From Paragordius varius (Eukaryota; Animalia; Nematomorpha), in contig OZ176052.1 of the NCBI GenBank assembly GCA_964247055.1, positions 1,054,001-1,118,000 of the forward strand: a DNA stretch of 64,000 nucleotides, written 5' to 3'. Below are positions 26,801 to 38,400 of the stretch, in pieces. Under the pieces are notes generated by a model. It searched no databases, was not told the origin of the DNA, and saw nothing but the letters and a program-made list of their open reading frames with translations. Positions within the stretch are counted from its first letter, which is position 1. The number at the start of each line of letters is the position of its first letter. Position numbers and translations under genes: made by a program.

Positions 26801-26818
26801 AGCAACAAATGTTTTTAA
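19262..26818 (+). CDS. Lcch3: Cys-loop GABA-gated chloride channel beta-like subunit (LCCH3/GAB-1 type), 10 exons (19262-19664, 20018-20167, 20880-20947, 22794-23017, 23149-23231, 23526-23660, 23953-24105, 24768-25273, 25537-25758, 26117-26818), 881 aa
   Basis: [38 protein letters not shown], Cys-loop [16 protein letters not shown]1 [11 protein letters not shown]2 [23 protein letters not shown]3 [21 protein letters not shown]4 [10 protein letters not shown]. Exons sum to 2646 nt; the M3-M4 loop exon boundaries are less certain. Confidence 0.93.
19704..19987. mobile_element. MITE family A (Tc1/mariner-type, ~285 bp), diverged copy in Lcch3 intron 1
   Basis: Inverted ends GAGATTATACAGACAAAA / TTTTGTCTGTATA resemble the other family A copies. 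Confidence 0.65.
21989..22276. mobile_element. MITE family A copy in Lcch3 intron 3
   Basis: TA-CAGTAAATATTGAAATTATACGGA...TCCGTACAATTTAAATTTTTCCTG-TA, with ~80-bp TIRs. Confidence 0.85.
22492..22777. mobile_element. MITE family A copy in Lcch3 intron 3, ending 16 nt before the exon-4 acceptor end
   Basis: TA-CAGTAATTGAAATTATACGGAC...GTCCGTATAATTTCAGTTTTTACTG-TA. CAGT termini with a TA target duplication are typical of Tc1/mariner. Confidence 0.9.
24314..24754. mobile_element. Fold-back element with TACCATT termini and subterminal 21-bp repeats; truncated inverted copy at ~39310-39505
   Basis: Left end TACCATTTACAGTTCAAATTCACCCTTGAACAATTC matches right end ...GAATTGTGAATGGTA. 39310-39505 is the reverse complement of ~24310-24525. 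Confidence 0.75.
24532..24745. repeat. 21-bp minisatellite (consensus GGGTGAATTTGAATTGTTCAA, ~10 units)
   Basis: Read directly; it produces the repetitive ORFs EQFKFTL / VNLNCSR in the track. Confidence 0.95.
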
Positions 26819-26917
26819 TTTTATAATTAAAGAGCCTAAATGAATTATATTTGCTGTAAAAACTAATTTATTCATGTAAATTTATTTATTCAAAAATTTC
26901 AATAACACAAAAGTTAT

Positions 26918-27106
26918 TCACCACAAAGTTTGATCTTCAGCAAGTTCCCGGTGTAATAATTGACTTTTATTTCTAAACTTTGTTTCACGAGAGCAACACC
27001 ATCTAAATTCGGCCCAGCCTAAAACTATTGCAAAAATGGCAACAGGTACATCAGAATACTTTTGGACCAAATACCTAACATCCTTGGAACCAAATTTCAT
27101 AACCAT
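26918..27106 (-). CDS. NDUFB1: NADH dehydrogenase 1 beta subcomplex subunit 1 (MNLL), 62 aa from ATG 27106
   Basis: LGWAEFRWCCSRETKFRNKSQLLHRELAEDQTLW aligns without gaps to human [35 protein letters not shown] (recalled). Confidence 0.85.
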   Translation of the reverse strand: MVMKFGSKDVRYLVQKYSDVPVAIFAIVLGWAEFRWCCSRETKFRNKSQLLHRELAEDQTLW

Positions 27107-27111
27107 GGTTG

Positions 27112-27280
27112 TTAGCTGGATTTTATTTTCTTTAAATACTTTAATTAAAGAATATTTTACCTTTTCAGATTTTTTGTATTCTTGCGTTAGTTGATAATCC
27201 TTATGGATACAATAAAATAGAAAAGCTGGAAAAGTTATATAGAACCAATTTTTCTTAACAATGGGATAATATCTAACCAT
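27112..27280 (-). CDS. Upstream single-TM micro-ORF (45 aa if the 31-nt intron 27160-27130 is spliced); in frame with NDUFB1 if unspliced
   Basis: MVRYYPIVKKNWFYITFPAFLFYCIHKDYQLTQEYKKSEK | GTAAAA...TTTAAAG | KIKSS*. The stop lies 5 nt before the NDUFB1 ATG. Confidence 0.6.
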
Positions 27281-29216
27281 GCAAAATAATCATTCTTTCG
27301 CTTTAAAATATGACATTTTGTGTATTTCTGTGTTTTGAATTTTAGTTGCTATTAAAACATGTAAAACTCGTTTTAAATATCTAAATATTGGGAACTTAAA
27401 CTCCATTTATCTAATATATAAACTAAAAAAGCGTAAATAACTGATTCTTATAACACTTGTGTTATAACTTTAAAAGCATTGCCTGACTTTACGCTTTCGC
27501 ATTTAGTAACTTTGGCTAATTTTTATTTATTAATCTATTTAATTCAAAATATGTAGTAATTTTTAAGGCTATATATGGATATATGGATTTACATAAATGA
27601 TTATCAAAAAACAGTTTCCAAATTAACAGAACCGGTTCTAGTTTAAAAAATTTTCAGGGAAATGATTTTGGCTTTGGCTTCATTGTTTTTCAGCGGTTAT
27701 CAATTAGCTCGAGTTTTATAGAATATATTATTTCACTGATTTATTTTTATGCTCTCTGTGTTTAGTTGCTAAGGGCGAGATTCAGTGCGGCTAACTATAA
27801 AATATTAAACTCCCCCGAACTACAGCTCGCTGATGAAAACAGATGAATTTTTAATATTTACGTTTTCACAATTACAATTGTTTGGCTCCTTTCCCGTTGA
27901 AATAATTAATGCAAAAACATTCATACATTTCTCAATTTATTTTCCCGTGTGTGGATGAAATCTTTGGAAATAATAGTTTTATGTATTTTCAATGTCGGCC
28001 CTCTTAATACACTGATACTATTGAAAAGGTGGCCCCGGTATCCGACGTTTACATTACAGATATCAATAATTAGAATTCCTTATATCATAATATAAGGAAA
28101 GCACTATATTAAACGTAAAATATATAACAATAAATCAGATAAAGGAGATAAAAAATACAAAAATTATTATTATAAATCTCCGCATTCCTTAAACAAAATT
28201 TTTTAAATGAATATATTCACTAGAAAATTCACGGATTCGATCCATTTGTTTAACTCGTTTGGAGCCGATTTGTCTAGTTGAAAATTATGGACTAAAAACA
28301 TTTTCTAACTTTGCGATTCCGGCATGCATCTGTAACGACTTTCAACTTATGATTTATGCTATGAATCCAATACAAATGACTTGGCCGGACTCATTTTCGA
28401 CTCCAAAAGACCAGGTTGCATCTTTTTAAATATAAAAAAATTTTACTCTAAGAACCTGTTGTTCTTTATTTTTTAAGGAATTATTAGTTTAAAAAAATCG
28501 TATAATCAAGTGTTTGTGTATTTCCAACAACAGAAAGTATCCTTGATGAAATAAGACAATTATATTGGGCAGAAATTAAAATTTTATAAGAATATTCTCA
28601 TAAATTAAAATTTCTAATTTTATTTGATTTTTTAAAGATGGCGGGCCGCACAAAAAGTTACGGAGAGGCACATGTTGTCGCTGATCTATACGATTTGATG
28701 CTCATTTAGCATTCGTACCTATGATTAAAATATAATTTCAAAGAACCGGTTGTTTTTAAACAAATTAATGTCTTGATATAAAATTATTCCAATCCTGTGC
28801 AGACGATTTTGCAGATTATGTCATTAGCAAAATCATCTATATTCATTGTTATTTCCAATAAAAGCGATTGATTCGATTTTCAAATTTTCATATTAAATTA
28901 AAATAAAATGAGATGTAATTTTAAATCAAAATATAACAAAAAGAAAAGGGTGAAAAACGTTAAAGAATAATCTCTATAAAATACCTTTTTCAAGTGGCTT
29001 TATTATCGGTAAAATTTCTGTGAATCGCACCAAAATAAATAGTTTAAAACCCAAATTAAACCAAGCGCGCCATCGCGGTTTAAGATAACAACCCTATTTG
29101 CATCCTCCTTAATACACCCCTTTTAAAAGTTAAATTTGAACGCATATGTTTTTTTATATACATTTTCATTTAGTTCACTATTAAATACTGCTTTTTATCT
29201 TAACTATATAAGTTAA

Positions 29217-29786
29217 CACTTCGATTTAAATTGGGGTATCTAAATACCCCAGACTAAATTAAAATTGAAATTTTTAAAAAAATACTGAAGAAAACGGTCC
29301 CAATATGAATTTATGCTTCTATCTTGATAAAAATTATATAAATATGCTAAAATATTTGATAAAATTTTGTTATAAAAAAAAGTTCCATCTCAAACTACTT
29401 CGCCATTTTTATTTTACAAAATTTTTGTAAAATATCGTCTTCATTTAATTTTAAGGGTATAACTAAAGCTATTTTTTTATATAAATTACATCTAACATTG
29501 ATAGAAATAGAAAAAGCCGTTTATTTTGTATTTTTTTTAATTTTGCGATTTGACACATGTCACGTGACGAAATTATCATCTTTTGGTTTTAGCTTAAAAA
29601 AAGTATTATCAAGTATTTTTGAATAAAGTTTTAATATACTTCGGTTTATTAATGTTTTATAAGTGCAAAATTTTGCCATGGCTTCGATTCCTTCCATAAA
29701 TTTTAAAGTATTTGATTTTAAACAGCCTGGGTCCAACTACCCCAATTTGAATCGAAGGACTAAAATGAGTGTGTTGTATCAAAGTG
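29217..29786. mobile_element. piggyBac-type non-autonomous element (570 bp, TTAA target duplication)
   Basis: TTAA-CACTTCGATTTAAATTGGGGTA...AAGTG-TTAA, with an asymmetric 19-bp subterminal inverted repeat. An inverted copy lies at 42916-43497. Confidence 0.85.
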
Positions 29787-29819
29787 TTAATATATTAAAA
29801 TGATTAATGGTAAAATAAG

Positions 29820-30500
29820 ATTCACCACGAGAATTCAAGTAAATCTTAAGGCTTTGGGGATATTTTTGGACCGTAAAATATATGAAAAATAATTTATTAT
29901 TAATTGGCTGCAAGAAAGCATTTACACATTGAATTATCAATTTTATTTGTATCAACCAATGTTATATATGGGCAAAAAACACTTCGGTCCGTACGCGGCA
30001 TGCGCTTATAAAACCATATATTATGTGTACTATCATTAAATGCGTATAACCTACACTGCTCAACAAGGTTTTGCACCACACCATTATTTTTGCATTTTCT
30101 GATAATGGCATGGAAAGGCCAAAACAAAAAAGAAAACTGAGGCCACCAATAGGATTTTTCCAAAATTTAATTTTTAAATTTGTATTTAATTTAATAATAA
30201 CAATCATTCCTCGTGTACATATGTTTAAATATTCAAACAAGCAAGTCGATACAAGTAATATTCCATGCATGGATAACAAATTCTAGGCATTAAATAAGAT
30301 ACTAAACAAGCTAAGAGCCAAAGTATTAAAAATCTAAAAGGGGCTTATGTATAGTGTGATAGATATGGGCGGCTGCACAAGCTCTGCATATCCCCCAAGC
30401 GATCCTATAATTATGCCAGATATGACAAAGATAACAATAAGTAATCGGAAAGTCCGATAAGAGAGACTTGCAAGCAAAATCGTGGCAAATTGACATGTCA
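29820..30500 (+). mobile_element. Possible heavily decayed LINE RT C-terminal fragment
   Basis: LKALGIFLDRKI (~29845-29880) and GLMYSVIDMG (~30343) resemble KYLGI.LD.KL and IRSVLDYG, but the spacing is irregular. Confidence 0.3.
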
Positions 30501-31898
30501 AATTAAACAATTTACAGAATAAAGTTAGATAAATTCTACAAATGAATTGAATATAAATTAGGTAAATACAAATAGTCCAACCCCATAACAGTAAATTCTA
30601 CTAAATGTGGCTACACAACATCCATCTGAAATTCAAAATACAAAACAACCAATAATTTTAAAAAATAAGGTATATATCCACTAGGTATAAATATAGGATT
30701 TTTTATAAGAACCAACTCAAGAGAAAAAGTATAATAAGTACTCGAAAGACCGAAATCTAACAAAAAAATATAGCCTATCTGAAAGCCGAAAGTTTAAACC
30801 ATAGAATGACTTTTTTAATATTTTTTTAAAAATATTTTATATGGGTTAAAAATTCACTTGAAAAAAAGACTAAATTTTGATGTTTAAGTCCGTCCTATTT
30901 TTTTCTCTCTGATATTTAAGTGACATATTTGTATTCAAAAGATAGAGTTTAAAACGCTTTATTAAATGATATTAAGTTTATAATATGATAACATTTTATT
31001 ATAAAGTTATATTTAATTTTCTCTCGATTTTCTCTTGTTTTTAAAAAATTGAAAAACCTATAAAATTTTAAAATTCTGATTGGCGGGATCAATTTTTTTT
31101 CAAATTCGGTTTTAAAACACTGAAATTAGTCATAATTTAAAAAGTTTAAGTGGTGGTGCTTAAAAATGTCCAAATTTGTCGAATAGTGCTATCAAAATTA
31201 TAGAATGAAGTTTCTGTTTAATACGAATTGAGTTTTTGTTTTCCAAATTTAATATTAATGATTTTATATGCTCATTTAAAATTAAATACATCATGGCCTT
31301 AATGAAGCCATTAGGGACATAATTGAATCTATTAAGTACGTTTATAAGGGTTGCCTTACAATTTTCACGGTGGTTTTTTAAATGACACAACTTTGATAGA
31401 ATGGATTTTCAGGAATTGTTATAGTTGACTAAATATTTTATTAACTATATAAAGATGAAATATTCCTGGTATACTAATTCTTTACTTTAGCTTGGTATAC
31501 ATATCAGTAAGCTTTTTGAAATATATCTAGATTATTCATTGTCGTCTTTATAGAGCAGTTCAAGCAATTTTGTTTTGGATTTATCAAACATTACCCCGGG
31601 ATCGCAATTTAACTAAATATTTTATCTCAGTTCCGGATAAATTAGATTTCTTAAAATATTTTTATTGACGAATTCCGGTTCATTGCTTTTTAGTCTGATG
31701 CTCATATAGGTTTAACGATTAAAATTTAGGAATATCCTTATTGATACAATGTGGATAAAATAACGCAAACATAAGCATAAAACCTGTAAAAAAATTTTTT
31801 TTACCTCTTGTTATATAAGATTGAAAAAGTTGATCCAAATTAAATGAAACATAAGATTTACGTTTCTTGTATCAAAAATTTGAAAAATATTTATAATA

Positions 31899-33947
31899 CT
31901 AGCGTAAATCTCTTGCTGCTACGCAGCCAGAGGAAGTCCTTCGGACTTCTGGGGGGAGAGGGATTATTAAAAAAGGGATCAATTAAATGATCCATATATG
32001 TGGATTATTTCGAAACATTATTTAATAGCTATGATCTCATAGGATTTTAAAACGGTGCATTCATACTAATATATTGTTTATAAAGGCCCAAATTGACTAT
32101 TAACGGAAAAAACCGCTATACTATAATTTTTACCTTTTTATTGGTACAAAGCCTTTATTGAACTCGTATGGCTTCTTAAGTTTTTTCAATTAGCAAAGCC
32201 ACGCCATTTTTGTATGGCGTCTCAGTTTTAAGCTGGTAGACCCCTGCCCATAGGCCTATATAGAAAAAGCGCTAAGTAAAATTTTTTGCCTTTATAGGGA
32301 AAATATTTGGAATCATCTTTGAGACCATCGTCTCATCAGTTATTCAAAATACCTCACACTAAATAATCGTTATTTGATGGCGTATTTTTAGGACATAACC
32401 ACAAATTAACGGCTAATAAAAATGTCCGACCTTAATTTATACCAAGTTACGGGTAATATTTCAAACTTTGAATGACCTCATATGGCATAAAATTTCTTTA
32501 AATTAGGTCCAAAACAACGATATCGTGGCGCAGTTTTTGGAGGATAGCTTCTTGCCCAGAGGTAGGTATAAAAAAGCGTCAAGCAAAATTTTTGTCTTTA
32601 TATGGGGAATATCTGGAATTATAACAGTCCATATGTTCCTATAAGTTCTTGGAAATATGGCTCTAAAATTATTTCAGGGCGTAAAACTTTTCTTAGCGAC
32701 TCATTGAAAGGACCCCCTATACTAAAATATTTGTTTTTTAAGGGGTAATAAATATTGCCCTTATTGAACTCCCATAGTCTCATAGGTTTTTTGAAATTTG
32801 GCTCCAAAGGCATGATGTATGGAAATGGTGGCTCAGTTATAGGCGGGCAGCCCCCTACCCAGAGGCTAATATAAAAAGACGTTCGATGATAATTTTGCCT
32901 GGGTATACCTGGAATCATCATTCATTCCATATGTTCTTAATAGTTTATGGAAGAATGGCTTTAAAACTAAATAATAGTTCAATGATAACGCATTTTTGAG
33001 GAAGTAAAGGGCCTATTCAACCGCTAATTTAAAAAAACCGCTCGACGTAAATTTTTACCTTATTACGGGTAATATTTTAGACCCTTATAAAACTTTATGG
33101 CCTGATAGCTTTTCTGAAATTAACTCCTTAACAACGCAATTTGATATGGTGGCGCAGTTTTAGGCAGGTATCTCCCTACCCAGAGGCTGATACAAAAAAA
33201 CGCTTGATAAATGCCTTTTTACGGATGATTGATTCCATATACTCTCATTAGTTTTCATAAAAATTGCCTCAAAATTAAAAAAATTATTCTATGGTAGGGC
33301 ATTTTTCAGGGCGTATAGGGCCAATTTAAACGCTATTTTAAAAAATCCGATCGACTTTAAGCACGGATTGAACTCATATGGCCTGATAGTTTTCTAAAAT
33401 TTAGCCCCAAAAGCACGCTTATTCGATATGACAGGTCAGTTTTTAGCGGAGTTTTCTTACCCGGCAGCCTATATAAAAAACGCACGACGAAAATTTTTAC
33501 CTTTTAACCGGAAATACCTGGAATCCTCATTGAAATTTACGGTCTCATAGCTTGGGTCAAAAATAGATTCAAAAAATATTTATGTAGACTTAATTTTGGA
33601 AAATATGTTTTTCGTAGTGGGGGGGGGGTAAAAAGAGGGCCTAAATTAAAAGGCGAGCCGACTATGTTCGGCGCCATCAAAAATAATTTAAAAAAATATT
33701 CGAAATCAAATGGTCCAACACTTTATCCGGAAAATTGTCTCAAAGACACGATTTTTGTGGACGTTTTCAAAAAACCCCGTTTTTTACACGGGGTGGACCC
33801 GAACTGGGGGCCCGATTCAAAAAAGACGAAGCTATTGTCGGGGCATTCAATAATGATTATATTTTTTCGACAATTGAATTTGAATGGGTCTACCGGTTTT
33901 CCGGAAACATCACAAAGCCACCACTTTCCATTTTGTAAATATATAGA
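31899..33947 (-). mobile_element. Non-autonomous Helitron, 2049 bp, with ~5 internal ~305-bp repeat units
   Basis: On the minus strand it starts A-TCTATATATTTAC and ends with the hairpin GAAGTCCGAAGGACTTC ...TACGCTAG-T. It shares both ends with 44775-46190 and 54105-54720. Confidence 0.88.
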
Positions 33948-34168
33948 TATTTAAAAAAATAATTTTTGAAACCGCGGTTTCCAAAAACGGTTATGAAATT
34001 TGAAATTTTGTGTTTAAAAAAAGGATAGTTATTCCGGTTCCATGAAAACATTTGGGTCTTGAGCTGCTTTTAATGTTATTGAAGGAACGAAACGTTGGAA
34101 GATATATGTTAGTATTACAATACATAATTTAAATTCCTATATGTATGAGAGTTGGTGTGTATTAGGTA

Positions 34169-34798
34169 TTAATGTATTTTAGCAAGTGAGATAAAAAAGT
34201 TTCTTCTGTGGGATGCACAAATTTTTTGGTAGCTAGCGCTGTTTAATAAAGATATATATATATATAGGGCACAATTTGTGTGGTAAATATATTTTTCATA
34301 AAATTTATTTAAACTTTCACAAATTCGGACATTTAATTTACTTAAGCTTGATTCACTCTTTGACCCTTTACCCCTTTTATCCGTATCGGGTTTCTTTTTC
34401 TTTGCATTTTTATTTTTCAAGATTTTAGGGGAGCTTTCTTTTCGTCCAACTGATACATCTATGATTGAAGAATTTTGTTCATTTGGACTATTATTAGTTG
34501 AAGGAATAGAATTGTTTGAAATATTTGGAGATTCTAACGGCAATATGGGTTGATTAGGTAGCGGGTTTAAATACTTATCATAACTAAATTGTTCCTTTGC
34601 ACTATTTGAAATGTTTGATATTTCTGCAGACCTTAACTTTTTATCAGGACTGGTATCATCCTCTATATTTTCCTGCTCATCGGCATTTGAGTCATTACTG
34701 TCGGAATGCGTCGTAGATTCGACACCTGGGTTGCTTGATGATTTATTATTTTTCTTGCTGCTAAATTTAAAACATTTACAACAATGGCGTATAACCAT
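34169..34798 (-). CDS. Orphan low-complexity protein (up to 209 aa) with an N-terminal Cys cluster and acidic and basic tracts
   Basis: A 630-nt ORF with coding-like composition in AT-rich DNA. The 3' part (YIYHTN..YIYIS) looks intron-like, so a donor near 34338 is possible. No family recognised. Confidence 0.55.
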   Translation of the reverse strand: MVIRHCCKCFKFSSKKNNKSSSNPGVESTTHSDSNDSNADEQENIEDDTSPDKKLRSAEISNISNSAKEQFSYDKYLNPLPNQPILPLESPNISNNSIPSTNNSPNEQNSSIIDVSVGRKESSPKILKNKNAKKKKPDTDKRGKGSKSESSLSKLNVRICESLNKFYEKYIYHTNCALYIYISLLNSASYQKICASHRRNFFISLAKIH

Positions 34799-34824
34799 AT
34801 AATATTACACATGCACACATATTT

Positions 34825-34832
34825 TGACGTCA
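34825..34832. promoter_or_regulatory. Perfect CRE palindrome TGACGTCA, 26 nt upstream of the orphan ORF start
   Basis: Read directly. One such 8-mer per 64 kb is not rare by chance; only the position is suggestive. Confidence 0.25.
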
Positions 34833-35462
34833 TTCACATGAGAAAAATTGTTTAGGTATTGCGAGACGTTTTGAAGGCTGAAAAAATATATGATTTAAAG
34901 GAAGGGTGTTCAACACAAACATTTAGCGGGATGCCTTGATAATTTTCTTATTAATTTATTTTAAGCTCAATTTTGGATGATATATTAGAATAATCGTAAA
35001 TTTTTGATTGAAATCGATTTTTTAATTTTTAGCATTTTTATAGCATGCTTACCGCAAAAAGCGTGAACACCTGATATTTCCGTTGCATTTTGACGCAAAT
35101 ACTCATATATTTGAGATATATTGTTCATGATGAAACAATCTGATACAATAAGTGCTTTTATTTTTAAGGCTTACGAGTGATGTTAAGTTAAAATGGTTTC
35201 CATATTTGACCGATATATAAAATGTGTTCTCCATATTTTATGAAAAGTTTGGGCCACAAATTATGAATTAGCATGTATCAAATAATGGCAAAATATATTT
35301 TAAGATTTTTTTTCCAGTAACTGCCTGGGCAAATAATATTAAAGAGTTTTGTGTTTATCATAGTCAAATATAATTATTAATAATTTATTAGTCTATCTAA
35401 AATAGTATATGCGTATTTTTCTATCTTTACATATTATTATAGTCATAGCAAAGTAAATTAGG

Positions 35463-38400
35463 TTAAAAGTTATTCAAATATTTGTGATAAATTGATTTAA
35501 AATCATTTTCTTTTCCACCATTTTTGGTGCGCTTGTTAACAATTTTGGTGATTGTTGGCCCACGTCGTTTTTTATTAGGTTTCTTTGGCATATTTCCATC
35601 TCTGGAATCTAAAACATTAATTTTCCGTATTTGCTCCAAAGGTAGCACAGGTCCTATTAGAAAAAAATGTCATTTATAATTTAAATATTTTTTACTTTAG
35701 TTTCGAAAAATAGCGAAATGTATTATTCAAAAGTTTATATAAATAATGTATAGAATAAATATAATTACCTTTATACTGTTCATACGTTAATTTGGTATAT
35801 TCAAGGGATCTTTTTGGGTCATATGCCAGTCGTTTTTTAAGACCAGAATCTTGGGGTAATCGTGATAATAGTTGACCTTTAAACAAGAAAATTATAAATT
35901 TACTCATAGAACTCTTTCTTTTTATTGATATTAAAAGAAAAATTTCAAATTAAATAATTATACTTTTGGATTTGGTTAAAGTGGATGTTGAAACAATCTT
36001 TTTAGCATAAACTTTGTTATGAGGCTTTTGTCCCGTATTTTTAATATCATTACATTTAATTACATGCTTATTATTTTGTAATGAGCTTTGTGTTAAAGGT
36101 AATACTACATCTTTTGAAAGGTGAGGAGCTGACCCCTGCGCCTTATTTTGTTGTATTTTAAGAGTTGGTTCAAGCGGTTGATTTAGTCGAAATTTAGTAA
36201 TGGATGGCTATACAATTTATAATATAAAATTTTATGTTTGCAAACAAAATAAGGTTGTTTATTGTTATGGAAAACGAGAGGTTTATTCTTTTCATCTATC
36301 TGTAGCAAATTAAAAATTTTTTGGATGTATATAATGAGTAATTTTATTAAGTAGGGACATACGATAAGTGATAAATAATAAAAAATGAAACCCCATAAAA
36401 CAATACATATTTATCCAGAAAAACTTAATTTTTAATTCTTAAATCCACCAAAAAACAACCTGGTAAAATCAAAAAAATTATTTAAACATTTCACCATTTG
36501 GATAATAAAAAGGTTGTACTACAGTAAGATTAATACAGTAGCGTATGGCATAAAACATTATTAGTCCATAAAAAAATAAAAAAGTGTTTTTTTAAAAAAC
36601 AAGCCTAATTCTATATACACATTCTTTTATGGACTAATAATGTTTTATGCCATACGCTACTGTAAATGATCATTACGAAAAAACAACTGAAGATCCAAAA
36701 TGGTAAACTATGATTAGCACATGGTTAAAAAATATGTTACAATAATTTATTGAAATAAAAACTGTAAATTTTTTCCATATGTGTGGCATTTTTTTATCCT
36801 CCTAAAAGTTGTTTCGGTGGTATCAATAATTACATGTACATATATATTTATATGTACATACATGTCCCTTTTCGGTACACATATATGAGAGATATAATAA
36901 CATTCTAATATGTCGCTTCTCGCTACATATCTTATTAGAGAACTGGTAAAATTGCATATGTTTTGCATTTTTTTATAAAATTAGGTATTAATCAGTATGT
37001 TATGTGTAGTGCATACTTCAATAATTAATTTATTAGTTTGATATAGGTTTTTATCAATTTATTTAAGGAAGGAGATATTTAGAATTTATGCATAGCTTTT
37101 GTGAAGAAGATAGTACAGATAAAAGTTTGCCATCAACATCAGATTCAAACTATGGGAACACAATAATAACTCAGACTTTGGAGATCAAAAAAGTATTTTT
37201 CATCGATATTTTAGGGCAGTATTGTTGTAAAAAAGGTAGAAAAAGCTATCCACCTTTTTCCATTATCCACAATGAAAAAACAAGTTGATGGTTTTGTGAT
37301 TTCTTAGATTATATGTCAGATTCAATCATAAAAAAAGTTTATGCGAGGACAATCAATGATCATCGCTAAACAAGGCCGAAAGAGATATGATAATTTAAAA
37401 TTACAAAGAAAATTATAACTGATATCATCAAAAACACTAATCAAATATATTTGGAATTAACAAAAATACGTATATGTGCGCAATAAAACTTGTGAAAACT
37501 TAAAATTATACAAATCTAAATATTGTCGTTAATTTTGGCAAAGAAATTTTCAATTGGATTTAATTGGGGGCTATAAGGAGAGTCATAAATATTAAATTTC
37601 TCTTATTTTGAATAGATTTCGCATGCTGTATTGGAGCGTTATCTAACAAAATATAATCTCATCCGATGAAATCACACTTTCCTGGCATCTTCAAGAAAAC
37701 TGTCAAAACCTGCAGAATCATAAATACATTATTCTGGAAAACTTGAGCGTTTCTAGATCCACACTTTGGAAATGTTTGAAACACACATGTATATGACACA
37801 CAAAAGAGATTATTTTGAGAACCTATAAATCGTAACACACCCCCTAAATATAGAAAGACAAAAAATTTCAATATGCCAGGGGGAAGTATTACAAAAAGAC
37901 ATGGATCTTTTTTTACGTAGGTGAATGTGGAATTAATATGAATACTAAAAGTTTTTATGGGTGGACGCGTTCGGGAAAATCACTGTGGTCATATAAAAAG
38001 ACGACCCTTTATTGTGCATGATTGGAATTTCCGATAATCTATTTATTTTATTTTAGGGACGGAATATGAATTAAAATTCGGCAATTTCCTTCTAGATGCC
38101 AGAAAAGTGATTTCACCGGATGGGATTATATAGTGTTGGATAACGCTCCGATACACCATGCGAAATCCATTCAAGACAAAAGAAATCTGTTATTTATGCA
38201 GCCATACAGCCCCCAATAAAATCCAATCGAAATTTTTTTGTGCTAAAATCAAAAAAAATGTGGAAGAATTGATTGAAAATTTAACTCAAAGTCTTAAAAA
38301 TATTCAGCACATTTTCATCTTTTTAAATATTATGAGCACACCAAAAAAATTGTCAAAAATATTTGCTTAAATAAATTACCACTAGAACCAGAAAATAATT

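Noticed and set aside
27691-28683. Possible hAT/Charlie remnant (CAGCGG start, GGCGGGCCGCAC near the end, faint LRLST-like peptide)
   Set aside because: Only a 5-bp terminal match and no 8-bp target duplication; too degenerate to call.
31160-31600. Minus-strand ORF pieces as possible downstream exons of the 34798 orphan
   Set aside because: No convincing phase-consistent splice chain or homology.
32619-33954. Track ORFs inside the Helitron copies (also 44757-45234)
   Set aside because: No Rep/helicase motifs, and frames are not conserved between copies.
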